Made by a program: the position numbers and the translations under genes. Below the pieces are notes generated by a model that saw only the letters and a program-made list of their open reading frames with translations, had not been told where the DNA came from and ran no database searches. A stretch of 56,887 bases of DNA, taken from assembly GCA_032718475.1 (NCBI GenBank), contig JAUCBJ010005438.1:1-56887 (forward strand). Direction: 5' to 3'. How positions within the stretch are numbered: position 1 is the stretch's first letter; each line of letters begins with the position of its first letter. The DNA is from Nemertoderma westbladi. Its lineage: Eukaryota > Animalia > Xenacoelomorpha. Below are positions 25,139 to 33,170 of the stretch, piece after piece.

Positions 25139-25693
25139 CAGCGTCTGGAGTGGGTGTGTGACTATATTATTTTATATTTGTTCTTATTATTTTATATTTA
25201 TGTATGTATTATTATGTAATTTTATTATAATCGTTTTCTTTAATTTTATTTAGTGGAATGTTATTTTAGCGATTATTTAGTAGATTAGTGCCATATATAT
25301 ATTCGCGTTTATTACTTAATTACTTATATATTATATATTTAGTTCGATGGCGAGAAATAATTCTTTTTCTCTTTCCTTACTGTCCGTATTACATTATAAA
25401 TACGTGACTACAGTAAGATGAAATGTCCGTACTTATTAAAGTACAATAAAGCTCCTACTATATTCAAGTATTATTGGTAAGTAGAGTATTAGGAATGCAA
25501 AGTTCAGATCCTCGTGTCTCAGCTAAACCAAGCTCTGGGTAGACCTTGGAAACGACTTGCCTCTTCTCACTGACATTGCTTCTTGCGATATTGCTCTCAT
25601 ACCGTATATTAAATAATACATATAGTAGCGTGATGTCCCTTTAACAGTAGCGTAAAACGCAAAATAAATCTGTTAAACCCTTTGACCATCTGT

Positions 25694-25993
25694 AATTCTA
25701 GTCGATTAAGATATCGCGGCACCCACCGATATACTTGAAAGACAAAATTCTAGAATCAATGGTTAACGTCCCCAGACATGTTCTGGAATAAATCGGTGCC
25801 CATCTTAAATATTAATTATTAATATTTACAAAATCTGTCAAATTTTAGATCCTTTAAAATTCTAGTCTATTAAGATATCGTAGCACTTACCGATACTCTT
25901 AAAAAGACAAATTTCCTAGAATCAAGGATCCTAGTCCCCAGACATGTTCTGGAATAAAATTGTGTCTATTTAATATTAAATAATAAAATTTAT
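25694..25993 (+). repeat. Diverged direct duplication (~135-bp unit, ~165-bp period) in the BEL 3' non-coding region
   Basis: aattctagtc.attaagatatcg...ccgata...aaagacaaa.t..ctagaatcaa...gtccccagacatgttctggaataaa occurs at ~25694 and ~25858. Confidence 0.8.
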
Positions 25994-26578
25994 GGGAATA
26001 AATTTAAATTCATATCTTTTAATGAATTTGATAAATTGTCATTTTTATACAATTTATAACATTCCCAAAATTCCATTAATTAATAGATCATGGGAGCGGA
26101 GATTCACCCTATTAAGTGTATTAGTGTGCGAGAATCTCCAATATATAGTCAATAGCCGATAAAATTCATAAAATCATGTATAAGGGGGATATTGACAATT
26201 AAAGAATTACTATTAAATAGCATCCCAGATCTGTATGCATGGGAATTACCCTAATTCTACCGCTAGCTTTCCATAATTTCACCATGGCAACAACCACGCT
26301 AGAATTAGAAGTGAGTTAAAAGAACAATAAAGTTTGCCCCATTGAATAGCATAAGGAATAAATAGCACACTGCTAGTATCCAAGGATACATAATAATAAC
26401 GTGGCATTCTGGAAGGCACTTGACTAACGGACAAATGGCCGGAATGTGTGCGGTTTGTGACAGTTGTGTGGAATTTGTGCGTTTATAGGTGAATGTTACT
26501 ACTAAAGTGGGTTTACAGTAGCGAGTCGCAATTGTGAAAGTAGCCCTAACTCTGCAGTAAGAACCTGAAGTAAATCTT

Positions 26579-26741
26579 AGCCCTTGGGACGGACAGTGGG
26601 GTGACTCGCGCTGGTTGTTATTGTCGTTGTACAGCTACTATGTTGGCGATAGGCACAGCGGTGACAGTACATCAACGCTGAGGATCTTGCACTGTCCGGG
26701 GGCCGTGAGGGGTAGGCAGCGACGCCCGCTAGCCTAATTAT
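26579..26741 (+). ncRNA. Putative structured cis-acting RNA in the BEL 3' region, just upstream of the extra ORF
   Basis: Gap-free match to 17574-17736, about 18 differences in 163 nt, mostly transitions compatible with the same pairing. Confidence 0.65.
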
Positions 26742-26778
26742 CAACTCATTATAATATTGATAAACTCATATAGCAGCT

Positions 26779-28331
26779 ATGACTGAGTTGATAGAAGATG
26801 ATCTTGGTATCAGGGAGCGATATGCTCTACCTTTACAAGCGTTTGTTGATAGCTTAATACGCGGCGACGCTAGTCCAACTACTACGGAGGACGATGGTCG
26901 TTATATCGAACCGCCGATGTCCCAGGAGCAACTTACGCGTGAATGGGACTATAGAAAATTCACCGCTCGCTATACGCATCGTAATGGTACGCATATGGAC
27001 TTCTTAACTACTGGTCATCCTATCGATTTACACGATACGGACAATGTCGACACCGAAAGGGAAATGGTCCTATTTAAATATCCTACCCAGCGGAGTCGGA
27101 ACGATAAAATGAAAATCGAATGCGAAAATTCTATTCGAAATCGACTCGAAAGAGAAGACGTTAAAGAACCTGATAAACGCGGTAACTCCAACGTATATTT
27201 GGAATTCTTGAGAGAAGCATTGCAAAACCGAATAAATATCACCCGCGTTTCCCCTACAAGACGTGAGTCTTTGGTATTATTACGATGAATGCCCAAGACC
27301 CAACCAACAAACGGAAAGACATAAACATCCGCGGAGACGTTGCTTTAAACACGGTTTTACTCGCTATATTTACGGGAGTTTCGAGCGAAACTTGTTCGAT
27401 GTATCACCTACGCTCGTTCGATTCAAACGATCCTTAAATAAACCTATGATCAGAGTTCCGGAATACTCGGTCAGACCTCCTCATTCCCTAGTTAGACCTC
27501 AGACTCTTGATCCTAATAGTATCACGGATCCTCCCGAACTGTACTCACTGTTAAAATATCTAGTGTTACCCGAACAGTTAGTCAGTGGCACTCCGGTTGT
27601 GGGCTCCCTAAATATTCACCCATCTTACCTAGCCGGATTGGGACACGGGCACCTAATATCGCCATTCAACCGTATAATCGTCCCCGTTTAACACGATACA
27701 ACCTGTCACTGAGGTGGAGGAGAGAGTTGAACGAAACGCGTTAGACATTATTCGGCAAAAAGATCGGAAAAGGAACCTACGATTGTTCAGAGAAACGTAA
27801 ATTGCAACAACAAGTCCAAGCGGTAAACGAATTAGCTTTATCTCAGTTCGATCAGGAAATCCAGAATCTCTAAGAAGATATCGAACTTGGACGACTCTAC
27901 TTTCTGCAAGAGTTTTGGACGAATGCTTTCAACGACAAGCGGAGGAAAATCAGCTCGAGGAGAAGCATATCGATCCCGATAGAGCCCAAGAACGCGAGTT
28001 GGAAAGAATCATCAAACCGAGGGAATTTCTCACTACACACGGTCCACCTACCGCTCTCGTGCAAATGACCCGTCAGGCACCAGTAAGAGCTGCTGTCTTA
28101 AAATGCGCTCTCAAGGTTGTTCGACCTCGTTCCACTGAGGTTGATATCGATCAACCAGGTACCCCGACCGGCGGATACACCGACCGTAATCCTAAACCTT
28201 CCGATGCAATTGTATTGCACCCTTCACCCAGGAGTTATAGCCCTCCTAGTAAAGTGGCTCGCCCCAAAGAGAAAAGGACTCTTGCTAGCCTCAAAAAACT
28301 GTATAAAAGCCGTCCGCGCAAGAAAGACTAA
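26779..28331 (+). pseudogene. Extra ORF between pol and the 3' LTR of the BEL element, broken by frameshifts and stops; unknown product
   Basis: Consecutive + strand ORFs 26779-27288, 27263-27691 and 27915-28331 with coding-like composition after AT-rich DNA; no motif recognised. Confidence 0.55.
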
Positions 28332-28409
28332 CTGTTTAGAGTATTTTTATATTTTAGAAACTGTGATTTTTTATATTTTATAGAATTAAATCCCATTTTC
28401 TGGGAGCGG

Positions 28410-29605
28410 TGTAAAGGCTTTTGTGGAATTAGCTGGTTATTTTTCCCGCAAAGTACTCTGTAGGTGTTTTAGCGGACATAAAAAGCCGTTTCCTTACTGT
28501 ACCGGTGTTTTAGTGGACATAAAAAGCCATTTCTTCTGTATGTGTACTTTAGCGGACATAACTAGCGATTTTATGTCGCAATACGCCAAAATACTCTTGA
28601 TACAGTGTAAGTTCAGATGACGACATCTATCAGCTGATATGTCCACGTGTAACTTTTTCTTTGTTCTTTGTTCGGTCGACCAATCAGAGCGATTTTCATT
28701 TTATTTGTACAGAAACCTCCGGGAAATTGCGCAATGCATTATGGTGTATGTTTACCTTTTTTCCTGATGCCAGAACATCGGCTGTGGAATTATTCTGTGT
28801 TTCAGACTTTAGCCAAACATTAGAACGGCTTTGATCATAGAAACGTATAACTGTTATCGCACCTCATATCACAAACCGAACTGGTCAGACTCAAATGCTA
28901 TACATACCTTTCACCGCATTGTTTTACTGCTATTTACTGTCGGTTATTAATTGTATCAGTTGATGGAATATTGTTATATTTGGAGAATATCGATAAATAA
29001 CCATAAAACCCCAATCTTCTTGATATACTGAAGGTTAGAGAGACCGGTTACATATAGCAATTGCGACTTACATTATAGTGGTTTTGGAGTGAATTGAATG
29101 CTATTTCATAGGCCCTACATGTGTCGGTTGCTGTTCTCCTTATATATGATTAAAATTAGTGAAGGTCGGCAGATCGGTGTGCAGCATTGTGCGGTAGTGT
29201 GCATGAGTGTGGTAGATAACAAAGCATCTCCTAAAGAATGCGCTTTATACGTGAATCATTAGCCATCCTGTTGTGTTTAGTGTAAGTCATAACTCTGTTT
29301 ACATACTTAGAGCGCCACGTCCTAAAGGAACTGTTAATATTTCCTGAAAGTGAATAATATTTGTCAGAGATTATATTAACGATCAATCGAATAGTACAGT
29401 AGGCCTACACCGCAATAAGGTCAGAGCTTCCGAATCCAGTCTCCCGGGTAAATCCAGTGGGTGAATGGTCGCGCATAGGCTGGCTTCGTTTGGCTAATGT
29501 AGTTTTATGCGTATCAAATACTTGTCATAGGCTAAAGTCGATTTATAACCTAAAAGACACCTAAATTTGGCAGGTTAAACTGCTAAAGGTCTAAAAGCGC
29601 GAACA
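28410..29605 (+). repeat. 3' LTR of BEL/Pao element
   Basis: Copy of 4733-5925, followed by TSD ATGTG. Confidence 0.95.
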
Positions 29606-29899
29606 ATGTGGCACAGTTTGAATTTACTCCCGACGCTAGAGACGCTACAAACAGACGGACATTAATATGTATTTGAATCGATCGAAAATCTCGATCCATA
29701 GAAACCAAGATAAAAAATTATCAGACTATGATTTACAAAAAACACCTTCAGAGCACCTTGTTTCCCCTTATTAAATTGTTTCTATCCCAACAATTTTTTC
29801 GCGCACCGACCCTATTACAGTACATGGCATTTCACCATAGTTTTACATATTTTCTAACTATTTATGAGGATTTATAGTTGATTTTTTTTTCATTTTCAG

Positions 29900-30072
29900 C
29901 CGACAGGTATACAAATTTAGTTGTTGACGGCGGTGCTCTCAATTTACTAGATGTTATTGTTGAATCTAGGGGCCTCCTGCCGGAAAAGTTGTGCGCGCTC
30001 GCCAAATCCTTGATTGAAACAGTCAAAACACATCTACAGTCCTCTCAGTCTCAGTCCGAACCCGAATACTAA
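29900..30072 (+). CDS. ZER1: ZER1/ZYG-11-family gene, last coding exon
   Basis: Polypyrimidine tract and ttttcag end at 29899. A phase-1 join with the upstream exon gives NVH-A-DRYTNLVVDGGALNLL (compare ZER1 VYPDKYCPLLIKEGGMPLL). Ends at TAA 30070-30072. Confidence 0.85.
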
Positions 30073-30224
30073 CTAATAATGACGTCGGATAACCAAAATC
30101 CGATAGAAAATCGCTCATTTCTGCAGCAAAGCATACGTAATAATTTGACTGTATGATAACTTGCTAATAATTATTTGATATGATTGATTGATAATAATCT
30201 ATGAGTTGTTTTACGTTATCTGGC

Positions 30225-31966
30225 AGCTGCGTTACGGCTGCATCTAGGTTAATTTACAGGAGCTAATAAACCAACAGGTTGATGCCATCAATGATGCTGA
30301 CGACAGCAGGCAATCATCCCAGGCATGGAGATCGATCAACTTGCTTGCTGGTCGAAAAAGCCAACCAACCACCAAGGTTAAGGCTGAATCACCAGCCGAT
30401 CACCTCAATGGTTGGAAGGCCCACTTTGAAAAGCTCCTCAATAATGACAGGGTATTGCCTGATAACTTTATAGAAGTAAAAGTGTCTGAGTCTGTACTCC
30501 CAGATATTCCCATTGGTGATATCTCCTTTGGAGAAGTGAAGGCTGCTGCAAAGAGCATTAAGACCAATCGTGCCAGTGGAGTAGATGGTGTTCCCCCTGA
30601 GGTCTTTAAAATACCTGAGTGTTTAAAGCTCATCTATCCCATCATAGTAGACATGTACCGAACACCAAGAGTCCCACAAGAAATGAAAACAAATAAGTTG
30701 GTGCCAGTTCCCAAGAAGGGCAACCTAACACTCTATGGTTCTTTTCGGGGAATCTCATTGATCTCGATTGCTGCAAAGCCATACAATAGAATTCTATTAA
30801 ATCGCATCAGGGATCCCATTGAGAGACTGCTCCGTGGAAATCAGAATGGGTTCCGCAAAGGTCGTGGGACCATGGAGCCCATTTTGGCACTTAGAAGGAT
30901 AATTGAAGAGTTATCAAAAAAGAAAGACAGGCACCTGGCTGTTATCTTTGTTGACTTCTTCAAGGCCTTTGATTCAGTCTCTCGCTCACGTATGTTCAGC
31001 ATACTTTCATTATATGGGATTCCTGATGAATTTATTGCAGCAATCAGATCAGTATACGATGGTTCGACAACATTTGTGTCTACTATTGAAGGTGACACAG
31101 AACCATTTGAAGTGTTATGGGGTGTCGTCCAGGGAGACACACTTGCACCATTCTTGTTCATAATCGTTGTTGACTATGTTCTACGCATGTCCTGAGATCA
31201 TCATAATGATGATGGGGTGATGATAACTCCACCTACTGGCTCCAGAAGTCGAGGAAATCCTGCCAAGTACCTAACTGATCTAGACTTTGCTGATGACTTA
31301 GGAGTACTCTCAGAATCACTAGAGGGAGCCCAACGGCTCCTCAGCTCATTAGAACATGCTGCTTCTAGTGTTGGTCTTTTTATTAACTCCAGAAAGACCA
31401 AAATTTTAACAGTTAACTTTGAAAGTCCTCAGCAAGTCTCTGATCGGATGAGCATAAGCTCAAAAGATGGTATGATTGAGCATGTGGATGACTTCTATTA
31501 CCTGGGATCATGGATCCGGAAGTCAGGTGAGGACCTTCGAATACGTAAGGGAAAGGCATGGGCAGCCTTGAATAGGCTGTCCAGGATTTGGAAGTCACCG
31601 AGAATTAATCGGACACTTAAGGTCCGATTATTTAGAGCAGCAGTAGTTCCAGTACTCCTCTATGGGAGTCCATGCTGGGCTCTAACTGCTGAGGACACCA
31701 AATCTATGGATGGCACATTCACAAGAATGCTACGCCGGGTTCATTGTGTCAAGTACAATGCACACATCTCCAACCAGACACTATATAACATTGGAGGTGT
31801 CAATCAGATCAGTATACGATGGTTCGACAACATTTGGTTCCCCCAAGCTTGACACTAGAACAAAATCGTCTCCGCTTTGCAGGACATTGCATTCGCCGTG
31901 AGGACCAGCCAGTGCATAATCTTGCGCTTTGGCAGCCTCATGGAGTGAATAAGCATGGTGGACAGT
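30225..31966 (+). mobile_element. Non-LTR retrotransposon (RTE-like LINE) fragment A, RT domain, disrupted
   Basis: ASGVDGVP, VPKKGNL..SFRGISL, QNGFRKGRGT, FVDFFKAFDSV, GVVQGDTLAPFLF, LDFADD, FYYLGS, LLYGSPCW, RLRFAGHCIR. Ends approximate. Confidence 0.9.
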
Positions 31967-32173
31967 TAATCCACTTCATGCAAACTTCATCCACTTACTG
32001 TATCCGGTATTTTAGAGGGACTCAATCAAGTGAGGTTAATATGGCAATAGAAGATCAACATGGTAGTAGTACAGTATAATATAGCTTATATCATAGCATA
32101 GCTTATTACATAGCATAGCCTAGCCTAGCATAGCATAGCATAATCATAAAATCATATTATAATAAATGTCTAT

Positions 32174-32405
32174 TGTAGTGGCCATATATATATATTAGGG
32201 GTCATCGAACCTGAATTGAACTAATACTGTTGTACCTTACTGCAGTATGCACCTATCACTGTGCACTGTATCAACTTTCGGTTTCATGGAAACTATTGTT
32301 ACAGTCAGACAGTGGCTGTACCTGTAGTCATTACTAATACTGGTTTTACTTACTGCTGTACTGACTCATGTAAATATTAAACGTTGAGAGACTACGCTCT
32401 CTACA
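32174..32405 (+). repeat. 5' LTR of CsRN1-like element
   Basis: TGTAGTGGCC...CTCTCTACA. Confidence 0.93.
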
Positions 32406-32406
32406 T

Positions 32407-32417
32407 TGGTGACCCAG
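32407..32417 (+). promoter_or_regulatory. Primer-binding site (tRNA-Trp type)
   Basis: TGGTGACCC one base after the LTR. Confidence 0.75.
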
Positions 32418-32464
32418 ACTTGCGCGAACGGATTTCGCGTACAGGCGTAGCTCTGTAGCTACCG

Positions 32465-33154
32465 ATGGCTAACGACCTCAACGCGGTCGCCATCAAACTG
32501 CCCCCGTTCTGGGCGGAAAACCCATCCGTCTGGTTCGCGCAGGTGGAGGCCCAGTTCCAACTCCGGAGGATTGTCGACGACTCGACAAAGTACTACCACG
32601 TCGTTGCCTCTCTCGACCAGCCGACCGCCGTTTGCCTCCTCGAAACACTCACCGCTCCGCCTACCGACGGGAAGTACGAGGGACTGAAGGCGAGGCTCCT
32701 CGGGACATTCGCCCTGAGTCGGCGGGAGCGCGCTGCGAGACTCCTCCATATGCGTGGGCTGGGCAACCGCAAGCCGTCCGAACTCATGGATGAGATGCTG
32801 GGGCTCCTCACCAGGCACACGCCGTGTTTGCTGTTCGAGCAACTCTTCCTCGAACAGCTCCCCGAGGACATTCGGCTACAAATCTCGAACGACTCTTTTG
32901 AGGACCCCCGCGCCCTGGCTGCGACCGCTGACGTTCTTTTGTTGGCCAAATGCCAGGGACAATCCCAACTGGCCGGCGTGAACAGGGGGATGACAAACTC
33001 GCGTCGCCCCAGGGACTCCTCCACAAACTCCTCCGGCACTGCTCAGCCTGACACCAAAAGCGTGTGTTACTACCACGCTCGGTTCGGTAGCGCTGCCAAG
33101 CAGTGCAAGGCGCCGTGTTCCTTCCCGGGAAACGCCCCGACCAGCCGACGGTAG
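32465..33154 (+). CDS. gag: gag of CsRN1-like element (intact, 229 aa)
   Basis: KLPPFW..P.VWFAQVEAQF, LGNRKPSELM, and the CHCC motif CYYHARFGSAAKQCKAPC. Confidence 0.9.
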   Translation: MANDLNAVAIKLPPFWAENPSVWFAQVEAQFQLRRIVDDSTKYYHVVASLDQPTAVCLLETLTAPPTDGKYEGLKARLLGTFALSRRERAARLLHMRGLGNRKPSELMDEMLGLLTRHTPCLLFEQLFLEQLPEDIRLQISNDSFEDPRALAATADVLLLAKCQGQSQLAGVNRGMTNSRRPRDSSTNSSGTAQPDTKSVCYYHARFGSAAKQCKAPCSFPGNAPTSRR

Positions 33155-33170
33155 CCGCAGCGTCGACTGG
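33127..33170 (+). promoter_or_regulatory. -1 programmed ribosomal frameshift signal
   Basis: G_GGA_AAC heptamer in the gag frame, then hairpin CGACCAG-C-CGACG/CGUCG-A-CUGGUCG; pol lies in the -1 frame. Confidence 0.8.

Larger units (their letters stand above)
4733..29605 (+). mobile_element. Full-length BEL/Pao LTR retrotransposon (~15.7 kb without the nested insert), coding regions disrupted
   Basis: Near-identical ~1.2-kb TG...CA LTRs; 5-bp TSD ATGTG (4728-4732, 29606-29610); BEL-type triple Zn knuckle; PR-RT-RH-IN order; purine tract gggagcgg before the 3' LTR. Confidence 0.95.
374..29817. mobile_element. Non-autonomous TIR DNA transposon (MITE-like), outermost layer of the nest
   Basis: 374-441 (taatagggttgatgcgcgaaaaaattgttggg...caagatgctct) is the ~90% identical reverse complement of 29750-29817 (agagcaccttg...ttttttcgcgcaccgaccctatta). 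Flanks fit a TA target duplication. No transposase seen. Probable internal remnants are ~3650-3910, 4653-4732 and 29611-29749. Confidence 0.8.
352..29899 (+). other. 29.5-kb GT-AG intron of the ZER1-like gene, almost entirely transposon-derived
   Basis: Phase-compatible gtaagt...ttttcag joins two consecutive parts of the ZER1-like C-terminus. Confidence 0.83.
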
